DNA of 58,015 nt from a virus. Taxonomy: Duplodnaviria > Caudoviricetes. The stretch covers positions 1 through 58,015 of the IMG/VR virus record IMGVR_UViG_3300032241_001687; one strand, given 5' to 3'. The notes under the pieces are model-generated. The model worked only from the letters and a program-made list of their open reading frames with translations. It was not told the DNA's origin and searched no databases. The translations under genes and the position numbers were made by a program. Positions 30,465 to 39,350 of this stretch are shown here, in pieces. Numbering within the stretch: the stretch's first letter is position 1; each line of letters opens with the position of its first letter.

Positions 30465-30472
30465 TATTTATA
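30465..30472 (-). promoter_or_regulatory. T4-type late promoter TATAAATA
   Basis: Exact match just upstream of the sigma70 -35 box. Confidence 0.65.
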
Positions 30473-30477
30473 TAAAA

Positions 30478-30885
30478 TTAAATATCATTTTTGTATAAAA
30501 ATTCTTTTTTGTAGTATTCTTTTATATCTGGAACTATACCTTTTGTTTCATCTAAAGGCATTATTTTATTTAATATATCATCATAAGTTTTTGTATCAGT
30601 ATCATAAGTTTTAAAATATGGATCATTTCCATATAATAAATCTTTATCGTTTAAAAGTTCAAAAAAATCTTCATTAAAATCTTTTGATAACCAATAAGCA
30701 TAACAAATAGCCACAACATAACTTTTAGAAGGATATATAAAAGGCATATCTTTATTATAAAAATATCTAATAGCATTTTCGACTACATCATTAGAAAATT
30801 CCACTGGTAATTTATTAAGATCATCACCATGTTCTGTAATAATTCTATGATATAGCTCTTGTCTGATTTTCCATTCTTTGTGCAT
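30478..30885 (-). CDS. Hypothetical protein, last gene of the radical SAM island (135 aa)
   Basis: Overlaps the upstream rSAM gene; YPSKSY and NDPYF motifs. No family recognised. Confidence 0.6.
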   Translation of the reverse strand: MHKEWKIRQELYHRIITEHGDDLNKLPVEFSNDVVENAIRYFYNKDMPFIYPSKSYVVAICYAYWLSKDFNEDFFELLNDKDLLYGNDPYFKTYDTDTKTYDDILNKIMPLDETKGIVPDIKEYYKKEFLYKNDI

Positions 30886-31789
30886 AGTAATCTAATAATC
30901 CTTTATATCCATTACAACCATTATTCAAATTTTTTACATAACGATAATGTTCTGTTAAACAATGACCAAAATATTTACATTGTTTACATATATCAGAAAC
31001 ATTTTTTATAGGTTCGTTGTTTGCCCATTTTACATATTCTCTAAAACTATTTAATTCTAAAAAATATTCTTTATCTTCTTTATCAAATTCTAATACTGCA
31101 AAATTGCCATTAGGTGTTATATAAACATGATTATTTGAAAATGCATTATATTGTTTATTTAAACTTTTAATTATTTTACTTTCATTTATAAAATCAAATT
31201 TTTTTTCTATTTTACTATCTAACCAACGTTGAACAAATATTTCAAAATCTTTATGAGTAACGTTATAAGAGTTTGATTGATTTATAGAATACGGTTTAAT
31301 CTCTACACTTTCTATACTTGAACATAAATTTAATTTTTGTATCATATCATCTACATTCATCTGAATAACTTTTTGACTTGCAAGAATTAATACTGCAATA
31401 GGCACTTTACTTTGTAACATATTATTAAAAACTAAATCAGATTTTTCTCTTGCTTCAAAATCATAACTGACACTTAAATAACAATCTTTTTCAAAAAAAC
31501 CTTCATGTAACATTGAAAAATTTGTTATAATATTAATTTTACCAGTATAATATTTTTTAATTACATTTTTTAAATTTAAAAAATAATCTTTTTTTAATGC
31601 ACCTATTTCACCTCCATATAAATCAATCCATTCTATATTTCTAACTTTACTAACTTCTTGCAATCGTATATCTAATATAGGTATTGGTATTTTTTTTGTA
31701 TCACTTAATTGATTATCAGTAAGATAACAAAAGTTACATCTAAAGTTACAAAAGTAACTTGGATTAATTGAAAGAGTTATATTATTCAT
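30845..31789 (-). CDS. Radical SAM protein with reduced SPASM/Twitch-like C-terminus (rSAM-4)
   Basis: CNFRCNFC (CX3CX2C), YGGE, and C-terminal CKQCKYFGHC...GC. Probable start MNNITLS at 31789, coupled to the upstream stop. Confidence 0.85.
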   Translation of the reverse strand: MNNITLSINPSYFCNFRCNFCYLTDNQLSDTKKIPIPILDIRLQEVSKVRNIEWIDLYGGEIGALKKDYFLNLKNVIKKYYTGKINIITNFSMLHEGFFEKDCYLSVSYDFEAREKSDLVFNNMLQSKVPIAVLILASQKVIQMNVDDMIQKLNLCSSIESVEIKPYSINQSNSYNVTHKDFEIFVQRWLDSKIEKKFDFINESKIIKSLNKQYNAFSNNHVYITPNGNFAVLEFDKEDKEYFLELNSFREYVKWANNEPIKNVSDICKQCKYFGHCLTEHYRYVKNLNNGCNGYKGLLDYYAQRMENQTRAIS

Positions 31790-32363
31790 CTTTATATAAA
31801 AATAAATCAACAGGCATTGCAAGTCTTAATTTACCATAGTAAATATCTACACTGTGATAAACAAAACTTGGAAATATAATTATATCACCTGTTTGAGGAG
31901 TAAAATGTAATGATGAAAACCAGTTTTTAAATCTATCTTTTTCATAACCTCTATTTGCATTAAATCTAGGATCTTGCATAATTAATGCACCTCCTGAAGT
32001 TTTTTCTTCTGCCATTAGATAAAATACTGCACTTATTTGAGAACCAGAATGATTATGTTTTGCCATAGAATAACCTGTACCCCAACCTGTTATCCATGCT
32101 TTAAGTTTATATTTACAAGAACTTATATCAAAATTTAAACTTGAATTTAAATAATTATTAAAAGAGGGTAAAACAATTTTATTTTTAAAATCATCTAAAT
32201 TTTTATCGTCAAATAAATTTAAAACAATAGATTGATCAGACTGTTTATTTGCATCACTACAATTTGCAATTAAATATTCTGTAGTTTTATTTAATAAATT
32301 TATATCTTTAATTGTGTCTTTAAGTATATCTGTAGACCAATAATGATTTAAACCTTCTTTCAT
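31782..32363 (-). CDS. 2OG-Fe(II) oxygenase-like protein (HxH type)
   Basis: KHNHSGSQISAVFYL, DPR, FPSFVYHSV and a distal Arg in LRLAM. Confidence 0.8.
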   Translation of the reverse strand: MKEGLNHYWSTDILKDTIKDINLLNKTTEYLIANCSDANKQSDQSIVLNLFDDKNLDDFKNKIVLPSFNNYLNSSLNFDISSCKYKLKAWITGWGTGYSMAKHNHSGSQISAVFYLMAEEKTSGGALIMQDPRFNANRGYEKDRFKNWFSSLHFTPQTGDIIIFPSFVYHSVDIYYGKLRLAMPVDLFLYKDE

Positions 32364-32881
32364 TGTGTTAAGCTTTCATTTATATAATAATTAAAACTTG
32401 CAACACGTCTAGGTAATTTAAAATTTAATGGTGTTACAATATGTTCAAATTTTAAACTTTGATTCATAATAATAATATCGTGTTGTTGTGGATAATAAGA
32501 ATTAATTAATTCTTTTGTTTGAGTATTTCTAAATTGAATTGCACCACCAATATCTTTATCCATTGTATCAAAATAAACAAGAATACAAAGATTTGGGCCT
32601 TCAACTAAATCATTATGCCAAACTAATGTTGCATCGTCCATACCATTAACTAAATCAATTTTGTCTACACTTTTATAATTTGGATCTATTTGTTTAACAT
32701 AAGTATTACTTAAATATTCTTGTACTAGTTTTAGTTGATCAATAAGTTTATTGTCTTTAATTGCAAGTTGCAAACCCATATGACATGCATCATACCATTT
32801 AACTCTATAGATATCTATAAAATTTAAAGGTACAACATCATTTATTTTATAATGACCATTTGTCAAAAATTCATTTAACAT
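32360..32881 (-). CDS. 2OG-Fe(II) oxygenase (prolyl-hydroxylase-like)
   Basis: WHND (HxD), GGAIQF, FEHIVT and RRVASF. Confidence 0.8.
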   Translation of the reverse strand: MLNEFLTNGHYKINDVVPLNFIDIYRVKWYDACHMGLQLAIKDNKLIDQLKLVQEYLSNTYVKQIDPNYKSVDKIDLVNGMDDATLVWHNDLVEGPNLCILVYFDTMDKDIGGAIQFRNTQTKELINSYYPQQHDIIIMNQSLKFEHIVTPLNFKLPRRVASFNYYINESLTQ

Positions 32882-33978
32882 AATACACTTTCATCTATAT
32901 AAGGTGTTACTTCAATATTTAGTTCGTTTGCTTTAAGTATATCTGGAGCTATAGTTTTCATCAATTTACAATGTTCTTCTACTACATTATGTTTTTTAAA
33001 ATCTTTTATAGTTTTTCTGCACCCATTACATATTTGAAACATAGGACAAGTCCAACATGCATTTTTCATAGATGTTATATTTAAATCTTCTCTTAATGGT
33101 GTAAAAAATTCACCTTTCATTTCTCTTTCAAAATCTATTGATTTATCTTTATCGTCACCAAATGCACCACAAGAATAATAATCACCACTAGGATTTAATG
33201 CACGAATACCTGCATCACAATTACGATTTTGAGGACAAGTAGTTCCATTACCTCGCAATCTTTGTATCATTTGTTTTGTATTAAATTCCCATGATGTAAG
33301 ACCACGTTTCCATATTTCTACATAAATTTTATATATTTTACTTAAAAGATAAGGTTTATCTTGATCGCCACTTGACATAGCATAATTTAATTTACATTCT
33401 ACACCTGTTTTATTATTTCTTGCAAAATTGTGTAAAGTGCCTTCGGGTATAACATCTTCACTCATACGTTTTGCCAACTCTACGTTTTTTATTGCATCTT
33501 TTTCATTTTCAGGTACGATGACCGATATAAAATCTGGTCTATATCCACAATATTCTAACATTGCATCAGAACATTTCCAAAAATCTTTTTCCGTAAATTC
33601 AGTATAATCACCTTTTAATCTACCACCACCATATTGAAAAGAAGTTGTAACTCCAACTCTTTCATTGTTAAATAAATCACTCCACATTTCTGGTTTTTTA
33701 TAAAAAGGCCAAAGATTAGTTGTCAATGCAATAGAAGTATCATAATCATGTTCATCTAACCATCTAATTATAGTCCAATAATATTCTGGATCCATCATTA
33801 AAGGATCTCCACCATTTACAATAATTGTTTTTGTATTTGGAAATCTTTTTAAAAATGTAAATATTTGTTCATGTTCTAATAAGTCTTTTTTATGTTTTGC
33901 AATTTTTGTAGAAGAACAAAACGTACATTTAAAATTACACAATTCAGTAGGTTTTATAATTAAGTCCATCTTATCCAA
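32875..33978 (-). CDS. Radical SAM/SPASM protein (rSAM-3)
   Basis: IIKPTELCNFKCTFC, NGGDP, TCPQNRNC...YSC and CWTCPMFQICNGC...HC. Confidence 0.9.
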   Translation of the reverse strand: MDKMDLIIKPTELCNFKCTFCSSTKIAKHKKDLLEHEQIFTFLKRFPNTKTIIVNGGDPLMMDPEYYWTIIRWLDEHDYDTSIALTTNLWPFYKKPEMWSDLFNNERVGVTTSFQYGGGRLKGDYTEFTEKDFWKCSDAMLEYCGYRPDFISVIVPENEKDAIKNVELAKRMSEDVIPEGTLHNFARNNKTGVECKLNYAMSSGDQDKPYLLSKIYKIYVEIWKRGLTSWEFNTKQMIQRLRGNGTTCPQNRNCDAGIRALNPSGDYYSCGAFGDDKDKSIDFEREMKGEFFTPLREDLNITSMKNACWTCPMFQICNGCRKTIKDFKKHNVVEEHCKLMKTIAPDILKANELNIEVTPYIDESVLC

Positions 33979-34493
33979 TAGTTACCATTTCTTTTAAAAC
34001 CAAATTGTTGCATCAATTCTTTATGATAAGGTTCATGTTGTATTTTTTTTTGATTCATAATTAAATGTAAATGTTCAAAATAAGAACCTGCAGGGACTAT
34101 AATTTTTTTATTACCAAACAGTTTAATTATATCACTCCACATTTTTCTAAGTAATTGACGTATTTTTATTTTACTCCTTGACTTTAATACACCAGAATAT
34201 TTAACACTTCCTATTATAATTTCATTATCATAGATATGTATCATTGCAACACCTTTTTCTAATTTCCAATCATCGTCACAATTAATCCACATATCTTCAC
34301 CTTTTGTTTTTTTTACTTTTTCATATATATCAGGATCAGTTTCTTTTGTACCCCACCATATAAACATATGTGCTTGTTTATCGCATATTCTAGGCACAAA
34401 TGGTGATCTAAGTGGTAATGTGTCTAATTTAACATCTACCCCATAAGGCAATTCAAGTTTAGCGAGCGATGTAGTTTTTTTGTACTCGTACAT
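33960..34493 (-). CDS. Hypothetical protein of the radical SAM island
   Basis: ORF between two rSAM genes. Start MYEYKK at 34493 is preferred over 34559 (100-nt overlap). The C-terminal FGFKR is weakly GNAT-like. Confidence 0.55.
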   Translation of the reverse strand: MYEYKKTTSLAKLELPYGVDVKLDTLPLRSPFVPRICDKQAHMFIWWGTKETDPDIYEKVKKTKGEDMWINCDDDWKLEKGVAMIHIYDNEIIIGSVKYSGVLKSRSKIKIRQLLRKMWSDIIKLFGNKKIIVPAGSYFEHLHLIMNQKKIQHEPYHKELMQQFGFKRNGNYWIRWT

Positions 34494-35511
34494 CTTCGAT
34501 ATATTTGTGCGTAAGTTTATAGACACACTCATCGAGTTCCTCTCTATATTTGTAATCATGGTTCATAAAACAACCTAGTGTACATCTATCTAAAAACTCA
34601 CACGATGCACAGTTGTATTTTTCTAAAAAACTATTTTCAATAATACTATTATCTTTTTTCTTTATAGGAGATTTATACATACTTAAAGATTTTTTATCTT
34701 GTACAAGATTACCACACTGACATAATGTACCATCTGCAAGAACTAATTTACTTACTCTACATGATGCATAATTGCGTTTATTAAATATCCAGTCTTTTAT
34801 AGGGTGTACATTTGGATATTTGTCAACACATAATTTAAAAAATTTTAATAATAATTCGTCTGATGGCATATTATGTTCTGCATGTTCATCTGGCATATAA
34901 TAATCAAAAAAAATATATTTACCTTTATTGTAAAGATAATCAAAATATTCATCACCATGTTTTAAGTAATATTCTATATTTGGTTTTGTAAGTAAACATG
35001 AAAAACATGTAATACGATTATCAAAATAATCAACATTCATTTTAAATATTTCAAATTGTGATTTATTAAAACGACCTCTAGGATCATATGAAGTAGTTAA
35101 TCTTGCAGATATATTATTGTCTTTTGAATACTGTAACAAATCTTCTATTTGTTCAATACCATTTCTATCAGTAACTAAGTTTGTGACCCAATTCAAAGAA
35201 TATTTTTTATTATATTTTTTTGCTATTTTTGATATACCTAAAGATAATTGTTTGTATGCTTCGTTGATTTCTTTTGTATAGATTGCAGGTGCAAAAACTT
35301 CACCACCCATTAAATTTAAAGTAATTGAATTTTTATTTTCTTTACTTACAAATTTATCAATAGGTTCTAGTTTATTTAATATTGTATCTAAACCTATTTT
35401 ATCTGAATGATTTTGCCAACAAAAAGAGCAACTTAAATTGCAGTATTCAAATAAATGAATTGTATATTCTTGTTCAGGATCACGTTTAGGATCAATCAAA
35501 AATTCACGCAT
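34459..35511 (-). CDS. Radical SAM/SPASM protein (rSAM-2)
   Basis: FEYCNLSCSFC, MGGE, ASC...LCQC and CASCEFLDRCTLGC...EC. Confidence 0.9.
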   Translation of the reverse strand: MREFLIDPKRDPEQEYTIHLFEYCNLSCSFCWQNHSDKIGLDTILNKLEPIDKFVSKENKNSITLNLMGGEVFAPAIYTKEINEAYKQLSLGISKIAKKYNKKYSLNWVTNLVTDRNGIEQIEDLLQYSKDNNISARLTTSYDPRGRFNKSQFEIFKMNVDYFDNRITCFSCLLTKPNIEYYLKHGDEYFDYLYNKGKYIFFDYYMPDEHAEHNMPSDELLLKFFKLCVDKYPNVHPIKDWIFNKRNYASCRVSKLVLADGTLCQCGNLVQDKKSLSMYKSPIKKKDNSIIENSFLEKYNCASCEFLDRCTLGCFMNHDYKYREELDECVYKLTHKYIEDVRVQKNYIAR

Positions 35512-35522
35512 AAAATAAAATC

Positions 35523-36632
35523 CTATAATAATTTAAATTTGGAAAGCGTGTCTATATCGTTATTTCTTTTAAAATTTAAAACGTTTTGTATAAAAACATA
35601 ATTTACATTTTCACTATCAGATTTAGGAACTAAACAAGTATCAAATGGATTTGCAATAACAAAATATAAAAAATTATCTAAATCAGTATCTGAAAGAGAT
35701 GTTTGTGCAGCTAATGGTAAATAATCAAATAGTTTAAATATATTTCTATCTATTTCCATAGCTTCAACATTTGCAAAAATGTTTATAATTGTATTTTTTA
35801 ATCCATTTAATTTATCTGCAGATAAACCTACTAAATTTGGTAATGTTAATATACCAGTAGAAAATTTAGATGTCCAAATAGAAGGATCTGCGTATGATGC
35901 CAATGATGCAACATTTTTAATTGGATTTACGTCTGTTAAATCCAAATCTGCATCAGTAAAATTTAATGCAGATTGAAATAATTTATTATTTAAATTATAT
36001 AAAACCATTTCTTTATTTTCTGCAAAAATATCTTTAAACCATCTATATAAAAACAAATGAACTGTAGATTTTAATTGTGTTTTATAATTTGTAGAACCAC
36101 TAAAATAATCACTTAACATATATTCAAATGATAACGATAATGATAAATTTTTAATAGTTTGTCTATCATCTGCAGAAATTGTAATTGCATTAAATGCGGC
36201 AGCAATAATATCACTTGAAATATTTGTATTAATTTGAACTGGATTTGTAGGTTGTACAGTTTGTTCAACACTATTTCTTAGTAGTCTTTCTTTATATATT
36301 GTTATGTTAAATAAATTTTGAAATCCAGATAAATCTAAATTAGGTAATATTATTTTAAACCATTTTGTAAAAAATTTTAAATATGCATCTGTATCACAAT
36401 AAATTATTATTTTTTTATTACTATTTTTATTATAAGTATTTAAAGAAGTAATTAATGTTAAAAAATCAATATCTTCAATTTTTTTTGCAAATTGTATTAA
36501 TTTGCCGCTTGTAACTTTTTGTAAATTGTCTAATATATCAACACCATTTATATTAGATATAACAACTCTATCAAAATTTAAAGATATTTTATCATCAAAA
36601 TCTAAATATGTTTTGTTAAAAAGATGCAACAT
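35523..36632 (-). CDS. Hypothetical protein of the radical SAM island (369 aa)
   Basis: Long ORF overlapping the upstream gene; KIIIYCD motif. No family recognised. Confidence 0.65.
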   Translation of the reverse strand: MLHLFNKTYLDFDDKISLNFDRVVISNINGVDILDNLQKVTSGKLIQFAKKIEDIDFLTLITSLNTYNKNSNKKIIIYCDTDAYLKFFTKWFKIILPNLDLSGFQNLFNITIYKERLLRNSVEQTVQPTNPVQINTNISSDIIAAAFNAITISADDRQTIKNLSLSLSFEYMLSDYFSGSTNYKTQLKSTVHLFLYRWFKDIFAENKEMVLYNLNNKLFQSALNFTDADLDLTDVNPIKNVASLASYADPSIWTSKFSTGILTLPNLVGLSADKLNGLKNTIINIFANVEAMEIDRNIFKLFDYLPLAAQTSLSDTDLDNFLYFVIANPFDTCLVPKSDSENVNYVFIQNVLNFKRNNDIDTLSKFKLL

Positions 36633-37308
36633 TTTCTATAAATTCCTTATTTTTTATTTTAGCTTCTATAAATTCATTACCTTTTCCAGCTGCAATTGCC
36701 CAAGTTATTAAAAACATAGGATTTTTATCAACCGCCCAATAACTATACATATTTTTACCTTTAAACATATAATCATCAAAATAATGTGTATAAAATTTTA
36801 ATTTACTAATTATTTTATTATAAAATAAATAAAATCTTTCATTTTTTAATAAACTTATAAAATTAATACCAAAAATTTCATTTGTGTCATTTTTTTCAAA
36901 ACTTTTTGCATAATTTCTAAATTCTTCACTATTAATCATATACATATTATAAACTATTAAACTTTCTAATTTATTACACCATTTATCAATAATTTTTTTA
37001 TTATTATCTATAAAATCATCAAAAATTTTTATTTCATTTAATTTTTTATAACGTAATAAAATATCTATTGCAATATTTTCTAATGCTGATATATTAACCA
37101 ATGATGTAGAATTAAAATATTCGTTTATTAAATCTATATCAATATTTATAACATCACAAGGTAAATCTAAATTGCTTAAATAAGTAATAAAATTTTTTCC
37201 TTTTAATTCACTTTTTTCATAATCAATTTTATAAAATATATTTTTATCTGTAAAATATTTTTTTAAATTATCTACTGAAATAGGTACTGTTGTTTCTATT
37301 ATATTCAT
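36616..37308 (-). CDS. Hypothetical protein of the radical SAM island (230 aa)
   Basis: Start coupled to the stop of the CHxS protein (TAATG). No family recognised. Confidence 0.65.
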   Translation of the reverse strand: MNIIETTVPISVDNLKKYFTDKNIFYKIDYEKSELKGKNFITYLSNLDLPCDVINIDIDLINEYFNSTSLVNISALENIAIDILLRYKKLNEIKIFDDFIDNNKKIIDKWCNKLESLIVYNMYMINSEEFRNYAKSFEKNDTNEIFGINFISLLKNERFYLFYNKIISKLKFYTHYFDDYMFKGKNMYSYWAVDKNPMFLITWAIAAGKGNEFIEAKIKNKEFIENVASF

Positions 37309-37883
37309 TATCTTCTACCTCTCGAATTATGACAAGAACTATGACAACTTGCATGACATATGTTAACTGTTATAGTAGTTATATTAGCTCTTTGATTATT
37401 ATATTCGGTTTGCATATTTGTAAAAAATGTTTCTAAACCCGAAGCAGTTATTGTATTACCACTACTTACATTAGAATTATTTACCGAATTTAAAGTTTGT
37501 CTGTAACTTGTATTCATATACGCAACAGATGTGCTATTAAATATTATTCCAGGTGAACCATAACTTCCTGTATTACCTCCACCACCTGTAACGTTTAATA
37601 TTGCATTTAAATTTCTTATATTTGTATAAAGTTGAGTTTCCGCAAGTAAAGCAGATACTATATTTGCAGCAGTTATATTAGGAAGTCCTGGTTGTTGTAT
37701 AGAAGAACCTGTTGCCGTTACTGTTGTTCCTGAAGTAGTGCCTCCAAATTGAGATGAATCAAATTGTGAAAAAGGAAGAACATCTGTACCCCATACAATA
37801 TTTGCATTTGCAGTAGCAGTTACAAAATCTGCAAATCTGTTCACAATATTTTGCGAAGTAATAGGATTATTTAACGTTGTCAT
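37308..37883 (-). CDS. Putative substrate/precursor: virion-like protein with C-terminal (CHxS)3-RGRR
   Basis: The T/S/N/G-rich body has no Cys or His; all three Cys and three His fall in the last 16 aa (CHASCHSSCHNSRGRR). It overlaps the upstream rSAM/SPASM gene. Confidence 0.7.
   Translation of the reverse strand: MTTLNNPITSQNIVNRFADFVTATANANIVWGTDVLPFSQFDSSQFGGTTSGTTVTATGSSIQQPGLPNITAANIVSALLAETQLYTNIRNLNAILNVTGGGGNTGSYGSPGIIFNSTSVAYMNTSYRQTLNSVNNSNVSSGNTITASGLETFFTNMQTEYNNQRANITTITVNICHASCHSSCHNSRGRR
37323..37358 (-). repeat. Three 12-bp units encoding C-H-x-S
   Basis: TGTCAT recurs on the minus strand at 37353-37358, 37341-37346 and 37329-37334. Confidence 0.85.
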
Positions 37884-38904
37884 ATTTTATATTACTTTTT
37901 AATTCCTTCATTAAACTTTTTGGTGCGCCACATATATTATCTTGCCAAGCAAGTTGATGACAATCACCTCCACAAAACTCAAAAACTTCGCAAGAAAAAC
38001 ATAAAGGATTTCTTGCACTTTCACAAGCAATGTTTTCTAATCTTATAGGACTATTTATAACTGTTTGTATATCATCATTTATAGTACCAAAAGAAAACTC
38101 GGGTGCAGAATTAGGACAACCTGATATAGTACCATCTGCGTTTATTGTAAATATTTTCTGTTCACAGTCTCTACAAAATGTACCACCTTTTAAAAAACCT
38201 GTTTCAAATTTATTGTATATTACTTCTAACGTTTCATTTTCAAACCAATTTCTACAATTAAATTCTTTAGATTGATGGTGCATTTTTAAAAACCATTTGT
38301 CTTGTTCAATATTATTAGGAAATATTTCAGGATGTAATTTTGCATTACCATTACCGGTTAATCGTTCAAATGATATTTCTTGTACACCTAATTCTTTAAT
38401 CCATTTTAATAAATCAATAGGTTCCATGGCAATAGTATCTTTAGTAACACTTATAAACAATTTGATTGTAACGCCTTTATTTAATAAATCTTTTACATTT
38501 TTTTCCCATAAATTATATTGTGCATCATTTTCAAAACGTATTTTTGGATCCCAACTTGTACCCATACGATTGTTTAATGGCCCTTTTATAAATTCGTAAT
38601 GTTCGTCTTTTAATTTAAAAACAAGATTTGAAGTTATACCCCATGACATATTAGGCCATAAATCTTTACATTCTTCATATACTTTATTCATATGAGATAC
38701 AGGCGCTAAGAATGGTTCGCCACCATGAAATTCTAAATGAATAGTATCTTCATCTTTATTAAAATATTGTCTAAATTTTTTTATAAAATCTATTGTTTTA
38801 AAATGATCAAAGTAAATTTTTTTACCATTGATACCATTTGTAAAACAATGTTTACAATTTAGTTGACAAGTTTCAGTTGTTTTTAAATAAAATATCCAGT
38901 TCAT
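37867..38904 (-). CDS. Radical SAM/SPASM peptide-maturase-like protein (rSAM-1)
   Basis: KTTETCQLNCKHC, FHGGEP, CRDC...INADGTISGC and CFSCEVFEFCGGDC...IC. Confidence 0.92.
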   Translation of the reverse strand: MNWIFYLKTTETCQLNCKHCFTNGINGKKIYFDHFKTIDFIKKFRQYFNKDEDTIHLEFHGGEPFLAPVSHMNKVYEECKDLWPNMSWGITSNLVFKLKDEHYEFIKGPLNNRMGTSWDPKIRFENDAQYNLWEKNVKDLLNKGVTIKLFISVTKDTIAMEPIDLLKWIKELGVQEISFERLTGNGNAKLHPEIFPNNIEQDKWFLKMHHQSKEFNCRNWFENETLEVIYNKFETGFLKGGTFCRDCEQKIFTINADGTISGCPNSAPEFSFGTINDDIQTVINSPIRLENIACESARNPLCFSCEVFEFCGGDCHQLAWQDNICGAPKSLMKELKSNIKYDNVK

Positions 38905-39350
38905 TCATCATATCCTATACTTAATGCCCAGGTATCAGGTAAACTATTTACTTGATGTGGAGTTCCTTTAGGTATTGATATACCTTGACATTCTTTAATT
39001 AAAATTGGTTCATCATCTATAAAAACATTTTTTGCACCTTTTATTACATATAAAAAAACATTTACATCATCAGTATGTTTTGGAAAAGAAAAACCACCTA
39101 ATTGATTAAAAAATAATTGTACACTATTTACTTTAATTTGTAACTGTATATCTTTTAATAAAGATTTATGATAATTTTTATTATCTAAACCTTCAACTTT
39201 TATATTATTATATTTTTTAAAATTTTCAAGCCACTTACGATAAGACATAACATCTTTAACTCGAAAATCTTTTAAATTTTCATCTATATAAACAAGATCA
39301 TTATTTTCGTATCGTTCAACTGAAAAAATTTCATCAAATAAATTAGACAT
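38901..39350 (-). CDS. JmjC/cupin-fold oxygenase-like protein (149 aa)
   Basis: FPKHTDDVNVFLYVIKGAK and IPKGTPHQV (HxD...H triad), resembling the Cupin_4/RoxA core. Confidence 0.72.
   Translation of the reverse strand: MSNLFDEIFSVERYENNDLVYIDENLKDFRVKDVMSYRKWLENFKKYNNIKVEGLDNKNYHKSLLKDIQLQIKVNSVQLFFNQLGGFSFPKHTDDVNVFLYVIKGAKNVFIDDEPILIKECQGISIPKGTPHQVNSLPDTWALSIGYDE

Noticed and set aside
30845-38904. rSAM genes as DNA-modification or cofactor enzymes (QueE, MoaA, NrdG)
   Set aside because: They have SPASM-like Cys-rich C-termini, no partner genes of those pathways nearby, a structural-module location and an adjacent Cys/His-repeat protein. Disfavoured, not excluded.
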